A stretch of DNA of 64,000 bases from Vampirovibrionales bacterium. Lineage in GTDB: Bacteria; Cyanobacteriota; Vampirovibrionia; Vampirovibrionales; Vampirovibrionaceae. The DNA lies in assembly GCA_035285165.1 (NCBI GenBank), contig JAYKHP010000018.1, positions 81,486 through 145,485 of the forward strand. Reading direction: 5' to 3'. Position numbers and translations under genes: made by a program. This document shows positions 45,999-56,758 of the stretch, one piece after another. Positions within the stretch are counted from its first letter, which is position 1, and each line of letters starts with the position of its first letter. Below the pieces are notes generated by a model, which saw nothing but the letters and a program-made list of their open reading frames with translations, did not search any database and was not told where the DNA came from.

Positions 45999-47621
45999 AT
46001 GGCGCTTCGTGAAAAAACAACGGCATACTTCAGCAAGCTAAACCCTTCAACCGGCCTGCCGCTGGCGAATTATCCCATTGCCGGGCAAGCTGAAATCATC
46101 CATGTCATCCGCCAGGCAAGACGGCACCAAAGGGAATGGCAAAATGCGCCGCTTAAAGATCGGGCGTCTGTTCTCAAAGCCGTTGAAGTCCTACTTAAAA
46201 AAGAGGCTGAACGCCTGGCCAAACTGGTCAGCCAGGAAGTGGGCAAACCCGTTAGCGAAGTTTATGAAACCGAGCTGCTCAGCGCCGTTGGCATTTTGGG
46301 GTATTACGCCACAACCGGCCCAAAAATTCTCAAGGAACGTCTGCTCCCCCTCGACAAGTCGATTCTGATGGGGCGTCTGCATTGGCGGCGCTTGGTTCCC
46401 CGTGGGGTTGTGGGGATTATTTCCCCGTGGAATTTCCCGCTCGCCATTCCCACCAGCGGCATTGCCGCAGCGTTAATGGCAGGAAACGCGGCTATCTTAA
46501 AGCCCAGCGAGCATAGCCCCGCAACGGGCCTTGCGCTTTGCGCGATTTTTCAGCAGGCGCTTCGGCAAAAAGGCTTTTCGCCAGAACTGGTGCAGTGTGT
46601 TATCGGCGATGGGCAAAGCGGTCAATGGCTTTGCCAGCCGGCACAGGATATTACCGATTCAGTGGACTACGCCATTTTTACCGGCAGCGGTAAAACCGGC
46701 AGACGGATTCGGGAGATGATGTCTGAAAGCGGCCGGGAAGCAAGCCTTGAATTGGGCGGCAGCGATCCGACGATCATTTTGCCCGACAGCGATTATGACG
46801 CCGCCACCAGTTATGCCCTCTGGGGAAGACTGACCAACGCGGGGCAAATGTGCGCCGCCACAAAGCGCCTGATCGTTCCCAAGCATGATTACGAAGAAAT
46901 TTTATCGCTCCTGAAAAACAAGGTGGCGCAACTCAAAGTGGGCCCGCCCGAAAATCCGGAAAATCAAATCGGCCCGCTCATCAGTGAGGCGCAGCGCCAA
47001 CTGGTGCTGGCCCAAGTTGAAGAAGCGCTTTCCAAGGGCGCGCGGCTGATCACGGGCGGCAAGGCGTTACCCGGCAAGGGTTATTTTATGCAACCGACCG
47101 TATTGGCGGACGTTTTTCTCAACGCCCGGGTGGTGAACGAGGAAGTCTTCGGGCCGGTGCTTCCGGTATTGGCTTATGACAGTGTCGAAGAAGCCATCGC
47201 GCTTGCAAACCAAAGCAGTTTTGGCTTAACCGCAAGCGTGTTTGGCCCTGTGGCAAAGGCGCGGTCGGTGGCCGAAAAACTGCAGGCGGGGTGCGTTACG
47301 ATAAACGATGTAGGGGCCACCAGCTTTTCGGTGGCGCAGATTCCATGGAGAGGCTGGAAAGCCAGTGGCCCAGGCGGCAGCCACGGGGAGCAGTCCCTTC
47401 TTGAATTATGCCTGCAACAAACCCAGAGCGTGAATCTACTCTACGCCTTCCCGACTTTTCGCAAACAACCCTGGCACTATTCAAAAGGCGAGTATCAAAA
47501 AAACCGCCTCAGCTTGGGCAACACATTGCTCCATCACTACGCCGGAGAAAGCTGGCTTGAAAAGTTGAGTCCGAAACTTTTGCTGGCTTTGCTGGCACAC
47601 CGCAGCAGCCGCAAGTTGTAA
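45999..47621 (+). CDS. aldehyde dehydrogenase family protein
   Basis: The catalytic-Cys region 'TNAGQMCAATKRL' and 'ELGGSDP' (conserved Glu) are present. 'SPWNFP' is the ALDH NAD-binding motif. 540 aa. Confidence 0.85.
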   Translation: MALREKTTAYFSKLNPSTGLPLANYPIAGQAEIIHVIRQARRHQREWQNAPLKDRASVLKAVEVLLKKEAERLAKLVSQEVGKPVSEVYETELLSAVGILGYYATTGPKILKERLLPLDKSILMGRLHWRRLVPRGVVGIISPWNFPLAIPTSGIAAALMAGNAAILKPSEHSPATGLALCAIFQQALRQKGFSPELVQCVIGDGQSGQWLCQPAQDITDSVDYAIFTGSGKTGRRIREMMSESGREASLELGGSDPTIILPDSDYDAATSYALWGRLTNAGQMCAATKRLIVPKHDYEEILSLLKNKVAQLKVGPPENPENQIGPLISEAQRQLVLAQVEEALSKGARLITGGKALPGKGYFMQPTVLADVFLNARVVNEEVFGPVLPVLAYDSVEEAIALANQSSFGLTASVFGPVAKARSVAEKLQAGCVTINDVGATSFSVAQIPWRGWKASGPGGSHGEQSLLELCLQQTQSVNLLYAFPTFRKQPWHYSKGEYQKNRLSLGNTLLHHYAGESWLEKLSPKLLLALLAHRSSRKL

Positions 47622-47632
47622 TTTAAAATAAC

Positions 47633-47971
47633 TCAACGGGACAGTTTTTTCAGATAGGCATAAAGCGCGTTCAATTCGTCATCACTTACCTGCGCTTCTG
47701 AAAAGGCAGGCATCATGGCGTTGTCGGGTTGCCGGACGTAATGAATAAACGCCTTTTCGGAAGCCAGTTTAGCGGAACGCATGATAATATCGTTTGGCCC
47801 TCGCGGGTTACCTGCCCCCATATGGCAACTGACACACTGGTTTAAAAAAACCGTTTGTCCAGGGTCGGTGATTTCCATTGTTTGTTCTGGTACTGAAGAA
47901 CCGGATTCTGAAGACGAGCAGGCACCAAGTGTCAGCGCAAGCGTGGCAACAAACGCCAGAAACAAAACCAT
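47633..47971 (-). CDS. c-type cytochrome lipoprotein (class I cytochrome c)
   Basis: A 'CVSCH' haem-binding motif is present, with a lipobox 'LTLGAC' after the signal peptide. The track start is at 48130, and the ATG at 47971 gives 'MVLFLAFVATLALTLGACSS'. Confidence 0.7.
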   Translation of the reverse strand: MVLFLAFVATLALTLGACSSSESGSSVPEQTMEITDPGQTVFLNQCVSCHMGAGNPRGPNDIIMRSAKLASEKAFIHYVRQPDNAMMPAFSEAQVSDDELNALYAYLKKLSR

Positions 47972-48333
47972 CTTTATTTTTTCAGACGTTATTTTTTTAA
48001 CAAGGCCGTCTTGAAAATCACAGGGCGTAGGGGACATCAGAATGGTCCTTTTGGCTAAAACTGGGCTAAAACCGTTTGACGCAGATACTATGTTTATTTT
48101 ACCTAATAAAGCCCGTTCGCCATATCCCAATGGGGCCTATAGAGCAGGTCGAGATATTAATCTCTTATAAAAATACGCGTTAGCAAAATCTCCATTTATA
48201 AAAGGGATGCTAAAATAAGGGTAGAGGTCGGTTTTTGTAAGAGAGTAGTCGTTCCTTGTCGCCTGTTGCCTCATCGCCTATGAACACGATGAGCAAAAAG
48301 AGAACCACTCATCACCCATAAGGAGCATCCGTT

Positions 48334-49389
48334 ATGCCTGCGATTTTCGGGGTTTTTCTGGTTCTGGCAGTCGCCTTCCAGCTTTTCTTTCGCTATGAAA
48401 GCTGGCCAAGCAAAAACAGCGAAGGTGACATTTACGAACGCGATCGCCTGACCGGCGAAACCCATAAACTTTCCCCCGGCGATAAGGTTGGCATCATCGC
48501 TCGTCTGACGGGTGACTTTAGCCATGTTGACAATGCTTCCGAAACGCAAGCGCCCGAAAAGCCATTAACATGGCAGCAGGATTCAGACCAATCGCAGACG
48601 CTGGTCGTGACAGCGCAAACAACGCAACAAGAAAGCATGCCCGCTGAGGATAACTATGCCAAGATGGCGGATCCGCTTGTAAAACGCCACTTGGATTATT
48701 CCCGATACAGAAACGTTGAAGCAGCACAGGAAGAGGTGCGGGAAAATTCGCCGGAACCCATCCGAACGCCTCACCCAGCGCCATTAAAAGCCACACCAAA
48801 GTCAGCTCCCGCTCAATCGTCTCCAGCTACACTTTCTGAACCGCTGTACCAGATGAGCATGGTAGAAAATACAAAAAAACTAGAAAATACCAAAAAGCCC
48901 GAAAATACAAAACAGGCTAACACTAAAACGTTAGCCTCCACAGGCGGCGTCCCAACACCGCTCGCCCCTGCCACACCCAAAACAGAGCCCTCTTTTAGAG
49001 CAGTCCCTCTCGTTTCGTCACCGCCCACCCCGCCTACAGCAGCCAGTGCGGCAGCCACCACGTTTGTGCCGCAAACCCGCAGCCAGGCGTTTGATTTAAA
49101 CCGTGACGGCGTGATGGAACAGATTATCCAAACGCGCAAGAGCGATGGCAGCGTGGTGATTTCGGTGGTGTGGCAAGGCAAAGAGTTATTCTTTGCGCAG
49201 GGCCAACAGCTTCAGATTTTGCCCAGCAGCAACGTCGGCTGGTCAGATCTGGCGCTGGTAAGTTTCCCGGGAACTCAGAAATGGTTTTACCGCTTTGACC
49301 CAAGGCAGGAAGCGTATGTTAAAACGCAAAGCCTGCCGCTTCGACCCACGCTCGCCTCAGACGACAGTCACTTTGCCCCGCGTTACTAA
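48334..49389 (+). CDS. hypothetical membrane-anchored P/T-rich protein with ENTKK repeats
   Basis: There is an N-terminal TM ('IFGVFLVLAVAFQLFF'). A 'ENTKKLENTKKPENTKQANTK' tandem repeat and a PT-rich linker follow. The C-terminal domain is globular. Confidence 0.55.
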   Translation: MPAIFGVFLVLAVAFQLFFRYESWPSKNSEGDIYERDRLTGETHKLSPGDKVGIIARLTGDFSHVDNASETQAPEKPLTWQQDSDQSQTLVVTAQTTQQESMPAEDNYAKMADPLVKRHLDYSRYRNVEAAQEEVRENSPEPIRTPHPAPLKATPKSAPAQSSPATLSEPLYQMSMVENTKKLENTKKPENTKQANTKTLASTGGVPTPLAPATPKTEPSFRAVPLVSSPPTPPTAASAAATTFVPQTRSQAFDLNRDGVMEQIIQTRKSDGSVVISVVWQGKELFFAQGQQLQILPSSNVGWSDLALVSFPGTQKWFYRFDPRQEAYVKTQSLPLRPTLASDDSHFAPRY

Positions 49390-49423
49390 TCGCTTTAATT
49401 CAAACTATTTTTTAATTGCCAAT

Positions 49424-49465
49424 CAATTGCTCTCAGGCTGTGACCGCGTGAGGGCAATTTTTATT
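49424..49465 (+). terminator. terminator candidate after 48334..49389
   Basis: 'CAATTGCTCTCAGG ctgtgaccgc GTGAGGGCAATT TTTATT' is an imperfect ~11-bp stem followed by a T-rich tract. Confidence 0.4.
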
Positions 49466-49529
49466 GGGAGGATGTTTTTATTACTTTGAGTAGTAGAGAT
49501 AAAGTATAGGCCAGTAAAAGTTCAGACAA

Positions 49530-49547
49530 GGATCGTATATACGATCC
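49530..49547. promoter_or_regulatory. perfect 18-bp palindrome (operator candidate)
   Basis: 'GGATCGTATATACGATCC' lies 53 nt upstream of the LysM-protein start and is immediately followed by a 'TATAAA' -10-like element. Confidence 0.4.
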
Positions 49548-49600
49548 GTATAAAGCTGCCTGTAAATGACCTAAAAAGGAAGTGGAGAGGGGTTGTTGTT

Positions 49601-50716
49601 ATGGTAGGAGATACCGGTAGAATTGGCTTTGCGTATCAAGGTCTTCTCGCGCGTACGCAAAGTCCTTCTGAAACGCTTGACACCACTTTAGCCGATACGG
49701 TTTCAACCTCAAGCGGTGATTCAACGCCTGAGACGGATGATCACAGCAGCATTATTGCAGGCGATCAACGGGGTGGCGAGGCCAATGGACGCAACCAGGT
49801 CTTTTTGAACAATTCCACCCATAACGGTCAAAGCTATGGGCAAGCCCGATCGGCTCGTCAAGGAAGCAATGGCACGACTGATCAGAATATCGCCCATGAA
49901 GTAGAAGCGATCCAGGAAGATTTGGGACGTTTTGACGGGCATGAAGGTGTGGATGTCTCCTACACCATCCAGTCCGGCGATACGTTGACGGATGTCGCCC
50001 AAGGCGTTTTGCGCGCCAACACGGATAATCTCGATGGCGATGAGTCCAGTCTTGATGGCGCCGAAGTCGGCCGCATCCGAGATGCAATCATGGCAAAAAA
50101 TGGCATTACCAACGCGGGTGCCATTAATGTCGGTGACGAATTAGACCTGACCGGTATTGTCAGCAGACTGCCCTCGGAAGCTGCAGTAGCTGCAGAGGAA
50201 GCCGCTGAGGCGGAAACTACCGAAGGCACAGAACCTGAGCCTGAAGTACCTGATCCGGCAACGTTTGACGCTCAAATTGACGGTGCCAACCAGTTGGCAT
50301 TGTCAGCGCTGGATGGCTCGCTAGGTGCGCTGAATGAAGAAGAACGCGCGTATATACGGGGTGAGCTGGCCAAAGGAATTAGTATCGATCAACTCGTGGC
50401 AACTGGGAATCTTTTGGAGCCAGCAACCCTCGATAATTCCACTTATGATTTGAGTGAAGGAGTGGAAGCGGTGATTGGAGACTCAACCAATCTACGGGAT
50501 CTTTCCGACCACAACAATGTTAATCGAGAAGAATTTGCTTGGTATAGAGACAGTTTATCTGCAGCATCAAACCCTGAACTCGTTGCAGTAATGGAGCAAT
50601 ATTTTAATACCACCGGAGAAGATTCAATCTCCAGATCAGACGTGGCAGCAGCAGAACACGCCCTAACTCAGGGATTCACACCAGAGCATATCGTCAGCCT
50701 ACTCAACGAGCGGTAA
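49601..50716 (+). CDS. LysM-domain-containing acidic protein
   Basis: 'YTIQSGDTLTDVAQGVL' is a LysM motif. The remainder is D/E-rich. The start is a GTG with a 'GGAAGTGGAGAGG' SD region upstream. Confidence 0.6.
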   Translation: MVGDTGRIGFAYQGLLARTQSPSETLDTTLADTVSTSSGDSTPETDDHSSIIAGDQRGGEANGRNQVFLNNSTHNGQSYGQARSARQGSNGTTDQNIAHEVEAIQEDLGRFDGHEGVDVSYTIQSGDTLTDVAQGVLRANTDNLDGDESSLDGAEVGRIRDAIMAKNGITNAGAINVGDELDLTGIVSRLPSEAAVAAEEAAEAETTEGTEPEPEVPDPATFDAQIDGANQLALSALDGSLGALNEEERAYIRGELAKGISIDQLVATGNLLEPATLDNSTYDLSEGVEAVIGDSTNLRDLSDHNNVNREEFAWYRDSLSAASNPELVAVMEQYFNTTGEDSISRSDVAAAEHALTQGFTPEHIVSLLNER

Positions 50717-50779
50717 AATAAACGATAGGGCATCAGCTCTATGATGACTACCCTCAAGACAATGAATAGCAATTCCTGA

Positions 50780-51736
50780 CTAACGACAAAAATTTACAGC
50801 GTCGCTTGTGATCGCTTCCCAGTCGATGCCATATTCTTTAAACAGCGCCTTACCGGTGCCGCTCTGGCCGAAACGATCCTGGGTGCCAAGGCGCTTAACC
50901 GGCGTGGGGTGATGCTCGCTTAAAACCTCACAGACGGCCCCGCCAAGCCCCGCCAGAACCTGGTGACTTTCCACCGTCAACACCTTACCGGTTTTTGTGG
51001 CACTTTTTACCAGCGTTTCCGCATCAAACGGCTTGATGAACGCGCAGTTTAAAACTTCGGCGCTGATGCCATGATCTTTTTCCAGCCGCTCGGCGGCAAG
51101 CAACGCATGGTAAACCGTCTCTCCAGTAGCAACAATCGTCAGATCTTTGCCCTGACGTTCCACGCGGATTTTGTAAGGCTCAAACGTGTAAGAACCCGCC
51201 TCATGGATTACCGGACAATCAGGCCGAACAAGACGAACATATACCGGGCCATAATATTCGGCCGCCCAGCGAATGGCATGATCGGTTTCAACCGCGTCAG
51301 ATGGCACCAATACCGTCATACCAGGAATCACGCGCATCAGCGCGATATCTTCGATGGACTGATGGCTTGCACCGTCTTCACCGAGACTCAATCCGCTATG
51401 CGTGGGACAAATCTTGACGTTGAGATTGGAATAGCAAACGGTGTTGCGAATCTGATCCCAACCCTTACCGCTTGCAAACAGCGCAAATGTACTGATGAAG
51501 GGAATTTTACCGGTGGTGGAAAGCCCCGCCGCCGTGTTAACAAGATCCATTTCCGCAATGCCCATGTTAAAAAAGCGATCCGGAAACTTATCGGCAAACA
51601 TCTGCGTTTGCGTTGAGCAGGCCAAGTCCGCGTCCAGCACCACGATATTGGGGTTCTCGGCGCCGAGCGCCACCAGCGTTTCGCCAAATTGTTTGCGCAG
51701 GGCCTTGATCGGCGGGTTCTGTAAATCGATAGTCAT
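50780..51736 (-). CDS. transketolase, C-terminal (pyrimidine-binding + C-terminal domain) subunit
   Basis: 318 aa. 'IAEMDLVNTAAGLSTTGKIPFISTFALF' is the transketolase Pyr domain. It lies 68 bp downstream of the N-terminal subunit ORF. Confidence 0.85.
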   Translation of the reverse strand: MTIDLQNPPIKALRKQFGETLVALGAENPNIVVLDADLACSTQTQMFADKFPDRFFNMGIAEMDLVNTAAGLSTTGKIPFISTFALFASGKGWDQIRNTVCYSNLNVKICPTHSGLSLGEDGASHQSIEDIALMRVIPGMTVLVPSDAVETDHAIRWAAEYYGPVYVRLVRPDCPVIHEAGSYTFEPYKIRVERQGKDLTIVATGETVYHALLAAERLEKDHGISAEVLNCAFIKPFDAETLVKSATKTGKVLTVESHQVLAGLGGAVCEVLSEHHPTPVKRLGTQDRFGQSGTGKALFKEYGIDWEAITSDAVNFCR

Positions 51737-51804
51737 ATTTAATTTCTCCTAAAAGTGTCATTGCAAAGAGCGAGGCGACATGGCAATGACCGCATTTAAT
51801 AATG

Positions 51805-52707
51805 CTAAAGTGACGCCAAGACGGCGGAAAGTTCGGCTTTGGCCTTGTCGTACTGCTCCTGGTTTGGCGCTTTGCCATGCCAGCCCGCCTGGTTTTCCAT
51901 AAACGAAACACCCTTGCCTTTGACGGTATTGGCCACAATCACCGTCGGCTGCTCGGTTTCTTTGGCCAGAACATCCGACTGATGGAGCGCTTCCTGAATC
52001 TGGCGATAATCATGGCCGTCAATTTCTATAATATTCCAGCCAAACGCCGCGAATTTGGGAGCGATTTGCCCCAACGCCTTCACCAGCTCGGTGTTGCCAT
52101 CAATCTGTAGGCGGTTTCGATCCACGATCGCCGTCAAGCGACTGACCTTATGGTGCGGGGCACTGAGGGCGGCCTCCCACACGTTGCCTTCCTGACATTC
52201 GCCATCGCCCATCAGCACGTAAACGCGTGCAGGATTCTTATCCAGGCGCAATCCGAGCGCCATGCCAACACCAACGGAGAGTCCCTGGCCAAGGGAGCCC
52301 GTGGAAACGTCACAGCCCTTGATGTATTTGGAAGCCGGATGACCTTGCAAATTGGAATGGACTTTTCTCAGCGTGTGAATTTCTTCTTTGGGGATATAGC
52401 CCACCTCCATCAGGGTGGCATAATAGGCGGGAGCCCCGTGGCCCTTGGACATCACGAAACGGTCGCGACCCGACCAGTCGGCATTATTGGGATCATAAAC
52501 CATTTGGTGAAACCAGAGGTTAACCAGCAGGTCGATACAAGACAACGAACTACCAGGGTGGCCCGACTGGGCTTCAAAAATCATGTCGAGAATATCAATA
52601 CGAAGGCGCGCTGCGATTTTATGCAGATCCTCAACGCTGTACTGCGGCAATGAAAGACCCGAAGGTAGGTCACGTCCGCTGGGGAGGGTTCTAAGGGCTG
52701 AAGGCAT
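51805..52707 (-). CDS. transketolase, N-terminal (TPP-binding) subunit
   Basis: 'SGHPGSSLSCIDLL' and 'GDGECQEGNVWEA' are transketolase TPP-binding motifs. 'VSTGSLGQGLSVGVG' is also present. Confidence 0.85.
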   Translation of the reverse strand: MPSALRTLPSGRDLPSGLSLPQYSVEDLHKIAARLRIDILDMIFEAQSGHPGSSLSCIDLLVNLWFHQMVYDPNNADWSGRDRFVMSKGHGAPAYYATLMEVGYIPKEEIHTLRKVHSNLQGHPASKYIKGCDVSTGSLGQGLSVGVGMALGLRLDKNPARVYVLMGDGECQEGNVWEAALSAPHHKVSRLTAIVDRNRLQIDGNTELVKALGQIAPKFAAFGWNIIEIDGHDYRQIQEALHQSDVLAKETEQPTVIVANTVKGKGVSFMENQAGWHGKAPNQEQYDKAKAELSAVLASL

Positions 52708-52746
52708 GGTATAAATATCCGTAAGTTTTGACGGTTATAAATAAGC

Positions 52747-53523
52747 TTATGATTTGAACAGTTTTGACCCGTAATCTAGACATACTTTTACAACAAACAT
52801 AGGCAAAGTTTTAGAGACACGCTGAATTCGCCAGGGTTCTAAGGTGATTCGATACAACCATTCAAGATTCAGCGCGCGCATCCAGGCAGGCGCCCGCTTG
52901 CTCTGGCCGCTCCAGACATCCAGACTCCCCCCCACGCCGACAAAGACAGTGCCCGAAAAACGCGCCCTGTACTGGGCAATCCATTTTTCCTGACGAGGAA
53001 CCCCCATCGCCACCAGAACGATTTTAGGCTGAGCCGAAAGACAATCCTGAAGACATTGCGCCATTTCAGCCTCATCGGCAATAAAACCGTTTCGCGCATA
53101 AACGACGCTCAAGCCAGGGCACTTCGCCTGGAGATTGGCAATGGCCGCTTCCAATACCTCTTGCCTGGCTCCGATAACGGCCACGGGCAATTGCGCCGAG
53201 GCCGCGTGAGAAAGCAGGTTTTCTGAAAATTCAATACCGGGCAGGCGTTTCAACGAATGCCCGTTTAGGCGCAAAGCCGCTACCAGACCGGCGCCATCGG
53301 GAATAACCAGCTCCGCGTTTTTTAAAATCCGCCCCAGTTCAGGGTCAGCCTCTCCCTGCATCAGCATCTCGGGATTGAGCGTCACCACGTGCAGGGCAGA
53401 GGCGGTTTCTTCGGCCACAAAAAATGACCTTACCCGCTGAAGCGCCTGTTCCACGGAAACGAGATCAACGGGAAAGCCCATGTAAGTAACACGGGAGCCT
53501 TGTTGTTGTTCTGGCGATGACAT
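52747..53523 (-). CDS. WecB/TagA/CpsF-family glycosyltransferase
   Basis: 'IVLVAMGVPRQEKWIAQYRARFSGTVFVGVGGSLDVWSGQSKRAP...LEWLYRI' aligns block-for-block with E. coli WecG. Confidence 0.85.
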   Translation of the reverse strand: MSSPEQQQGSRVTYMGFPVDLVSVEQALQRVRSFFVAEETASALHVVTLNPEMLMQGEADPELGRILKNAELVIPDGAGLVAALRLNGHSLKRLPGIEFSENLLSHAASAQLPVAVIGARQEVLEAAIANLQAKCPGLSVVYARNGFIADEAEMAQCLQDCLSAQPKIVLVAMGVPRQEKWIAQYRARFSGTVFVGVGGSLDVWSGQSKRAPAWMRALNLEWLYRITLEPWRIQRVSKTLPMFVVKVCLDYGSKLFKS

Positions 53524-53543
53524 AAAGACTTGCAGTCGTTAAA

Positions 53544-55004
53544 TTAAGCAATTTCCGTCTTGGGTTTCTTATCCGGCAATTGCAGCAGCTCGCCCGAGGT
53601 GTTGTGCTTTTCCTCGATGGACTTTTCAACCGTTTCCTTGGTAATCACAACCGTCTGCATATCATCACGCGAAGGCGCATCATACATAATGGGCAACATG
53701 AACTCCTCGACAATCGAGCGAAGCGCCCGGGCACCGGTTTTACGTTTCATGGCCTCCTTGGCGATCACTTCGGCAACGCCTTCCTCAAAGCTCAAATTCA
53801 CGTTATCCATCGCGAGCAATTTCTGGTATTGCTTGAAGACGGCGTTCTTGGGCTCCTGGAGAATCTTGACCAAAGCTTCCTCATCAAGCGGATCAAGAAC
53901 CGCCGTGACCGGAATACGGCCAATAAACTCGGGAATCAGGCCAAACTTGATCAGATCATCCGGCTGGGTATCCTTGAGCATGCGGGCCGCTTCCAACTCG
54001 CGCTCGGCAAGCGAACGGGAGACGGCAGCGCCAAAACCGAGGCTCTTTCCACTGTTGGCACGGCTCTGGACAATTTTCTCAAGCCCGATGAACGCACCAC
54101 CGCAGATGAATAGAATATTGCCGGTGTCGATTTGGATAAATTCCTGGTGGGGGTGCTTGCGTCCGCCCTGCGGGGGAACATTCGCCACCGTGCCTTCAAT
54201 CATTTTAAGAAGCGCCTGCTGAACGCCCTCACCAGAGACATCACGGGTGATACTGGGGTTTTCAGACTTCCTGGCCACCTTATCAATTTCATCGATATAG
54301 ACAATCCCGCGCTCAGCCTTGGCCGCGTCATAATCCGCAGCCTGGTAAAGCCTCAGGAGAATATTCTCAACGTCGTCACCGACATAGCCTGCTTCCGTCA
54401 GGGTCGTGGCGTCAGCGACCGCGAACGGGACTTCCAGAAGTCTGGCGAGCGTTTGGGCCAGGAGCGTCTTACCGCTTCCCGTCGGGCCGATTAAAAGGAT
54501 GTTGCTTTTCTGAATTTCCACCAGAGCCAGGGGATCTTTGACAGTCGTAGCAGCAGAAGCAGCTACCACAGCCTCTTTGTCAGTATCCTTGGCAAGTGCC
54601 TTATCAGCGTCCTTAGCTTCCTTTGCAGCTTCTTTTGAGGAAGCGTCCTTTTTCTGGGCTTCCGCGGCATTGGCTTCGCGAACAGCGATATTATGGCTAA
54701 TCCGCTTGTAATGGTTGTAAACGGCCACAGCCAGAACACGCTTGGCCTCATCCTGGCCAATGATATGCTCATCCAGAAACGCCTTGATTTCCTGGGGCTT
54801 GGGCACTTTTGTCAGTTCCAGCCCTTCAGAGGGTTTATTGGCGGTTTCTTCCGCTTCGAAAAACTCCTCATCGAGAATCTCGTTGCAAAGTTCAACGCAT
54901 TCGTCACAAATATAAACTTCAGGCCCTGCGATCAGTTTTTTAACCTGATCCTGGCTCTTACCGCAAAAAGAACATTTCAAGCGGCTATCTTCGTGTTTTG
55001 CCAT
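53544..55004 (-). CDS. clpX: ATP-dependent Clp protease ATP-binding subunit ClpX
   Basis: There is an N-terminal zinc-binding 'CSFCGKSQ...CDECVELC'. Walker A '[15 protein letters not shown]' and the pore motif 'GYVG' are present. A K/A/D-rich low-complexity linker is inserted after the ZBD. Confidence 0.9.
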   Translation of the reverse strand: MAKHEDSRLKCSFCGKSQDQVKKLIAGPEVYICDECVELCNEILDEEFFEAEETANKPSEGLELTKVPKPQEIKAFLDEHIIGQDEAKRVLAVAVYNHYKRISHNIAVREANAAEAQKKDASSKEAAKEAKDADKALAKDTDKEAVVAASAATTVKDPLALVEIQKSNILLIGPTGSGKTLLAQTLARLLEVPFAVADATTLTEAGYVGDDVENILLRLYQAADYDAAKAERGIVYIDEIDKVARKSENPSITRDVSGEGVQQALLKMIEGTVANVPPQGGRKHPHQEFIQIDTGNILFICGGAFIGLEKIVQSRANSGKSLGFGAAVSRSLAERELEAARMLKDTQPDDLIKFGLIPEFIGRIPVTAVLDPLDEEALVKILQEPKNAVFKQYQKLLAMDNVNLSFEEGVAEVIAKEAMKRKTGARALRSIVEEFMLPIMYDAPSRDDMQTVVITKETVEKSIEEKHNTSGELLQLPDKKPKTEIA

Positions 55005-55352
55005 TGGACATCAGCCTCCGATGCTGTGTTTTTGTAGAAACTTTATGAAAGCGATTACATTGCTTTTAATCATCCGCCGCCTCATACCGTAAAACTGCCC
55101 TTAATCGCAGAGAGCGTCTTGTTTTCGTATGTCGCAACTATTCCCGAGAAGGCCCAAGCAGACACACAGAGGTCGTTATGGTCATGATTGAAAAGGTACC
55201 GATTATCAGATGTGGCTGTTTCAGGTAATGCTACGCCGGAGCCTGCTTTGGGCGAAGCGTTTGGAAAGCGTTTACCGTCGTGAAAAGCCTGATTGCCAAT
55301 ATTATACCTTATATAAAGGCGAATGGCTTCATCTCTAGGCCAATAGATTTAT

Positions 55353-55955
55353 TTACGCGCCGATGGTTTCAGTCGAAGAAATGACCCGGTCGCAGATACC
55401 GTAATCAACCGTCTGAAGGGCCGTCATATAGAAATCGCGATCCACGTCCTTCTCGATTTTGGAAACCGGCTGCCCGGTATGCTCCGAGAAGCGATCGTTC
55501 ATCATACGCTCCATCCGCTTGAGTTCCTTGGCGTAGAGCTCGATGTCCACCGCCTGGCCACGCGTGCCGCCCATGCTCTGGTGGATCATGACCCGCGCGT
55601 GGGGCAGAATGTAGCGCTTGCCTTTGGTGCCCGCCGCAAGCAGGAAAGAGGCCATACTGGCCGCCTGACCGATACAGACGGTGGATACCGGCGCCCGGGC
55701 GTAGCGCATCGTGTCATAAATGGCCAAGCCATCAAAAACAGAGCCGCCTGGGCTGTTGATGTAGATGGTGATGTCTTTATCCGGGTTTTCCGCATCCAGC
55801 AGAAGAATCTGGCCAATGACGACGTTGGCCACATCTTCGTCTATCTCGGTACCCAGAAGGATAATCCGATCGCGCATCAAACGCGAAAAGATGTCCATTC
55901 CCCGCTCGCCACGGGAGGTTTGCTCAATAATATAAGGAACCGGTACTCTGGGCAT
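55353..55955 (-). CDS. clpP: ATP-dependent Clp protease proteolytic subunit (ClpP, copy adjacent to clpX)
   Basis: The catalytic triad context 'GQAASMAS...HQSMGG...' is present (Ser in 'GQAASM'). The ORF is full length. Confidence 0.9.
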   Translation of the reverse strand: MPRVPVPYIIEQTSRGERGMDIFSRLMRDRIILLGTEIDEDVANVVIGQILLLDAENPDKDITIYINSPGGSVFDGLAIYDTMRYARAPVSTVCIGQAASMASFLLAAGTKGKRYILPHARVMIHQSMGGTRGQAVDIELYAKELKRMERMMNDRFSEHTGQPVSKIEKDVDRDFYMTALQTVDYGICDRVISSTETIGA

Positions 55956-55960
55956 TGAAG

Positions 55961-56626
55961 TTACTTCTTAACCTCTTCGGACTTGGTGATCACCTTGTCC
56001 ACCATCCCATAGGCCACGGATTCTTCAGCCGTCATGATATAGTCGCGGTCGGTGTCTTTCTCAATCTTTTTGAGCGACTGCCCGGTGTTCTTGGCCAGAA
56101 TATCATTCAGGGTCTTCTTCAAGCGGTTGATTTCAGCCGCCTGGATTTCGATATCGGTCGCCTGACCTTGCGCACCGCCCAAAGGCTGGTGAATCAGGAC
56201 GCGGGAATGGGGAAGCGCCATCCGTTTTCCGGGTGTGCCGGACGAGAGCAGGAAAGCACCCATGCTGGCCGCCTGGCCAAGGCAAATGGTGCTGACATCA
56301 GCCCGGATATGCTGCATCGTGTCGTAAATGGCAAGCCCTGCCGTCACACTGCCACCGGGGCTGTTGATATAGAGCATGATGTCTTTTTCGGGGTTTTCCG
56401 AATCCAGCAGCAATAGCTGGGCCACGATCAGGTTGGCGACATGATCATCAATCGCCGTTCCCAGAAAGATGATCCGCTCGCGCAAGAGACGGGAAAAAAT
56501 GTCGAAAGAACGCTCACCACGACTCGATTGTTCAATAACAACGGGCATGTAAGCGTTGGGGGAAGCTATCATATTGGAGCCTGAAGCCATCGGACGGTCA
56601 TCGCCGGGGCGGGAAATAATGGGCAT
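55961..56626 (-). CDS. clpP: ATP-dependent Clp protease proteolytic subunit (second ClpP, ~25-aa N-terminal extension)
   Basis: '[14 protein letters not shown]...[13 protein letters not shown]' is present. It lies 5 bp upstream of the other clpP on the same strand. Confidence 0.9.
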   Translation of the reverse strand: MPIISRPGDDRPMASGSNMIASPNAYMPVVIEQSSRGERSFDIFSRLLRERIIFLGTAIDDHVANLIVAQLLLLDSENPEKDIMLYINSPGGSVTAGLAIYDTMQHIRADVSTICLGQAASMGAFLLSSGTPGKRMALPHSRVLIHQPLGGAQGQATDIEIQAAEINRLKKTLNDILAKNTGQSLKKIEKDTDRDYIMTAEESVAYGMVDKVITKSEEVKK

Positions 56627-56758
56627 TGCGCTTGAGACCTCTCTCTAACCAGAAAATAAATATTCCAATTGATTATACAGAAAAAGCACAATCTTGTCTT
56701 ACAGACACGCATGCTAAAAATTGGCTTTTTTGATAATTCCTGATGTCGAAGAGCAGAC

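Noticed and set aside
53560-54222. 220-aa and 177-aa plus-strand ORFs inside clpX, and similar antisense ORFs inside guaB (6240..6701), tig (58402..59124), hemB and the desaturase gene (30662..31156)
   Set aside because: Each lies antisense to a gene with strong family-level evidence on the other strand. These are typical spurious long ORFs in moderately GC-rich DNA.
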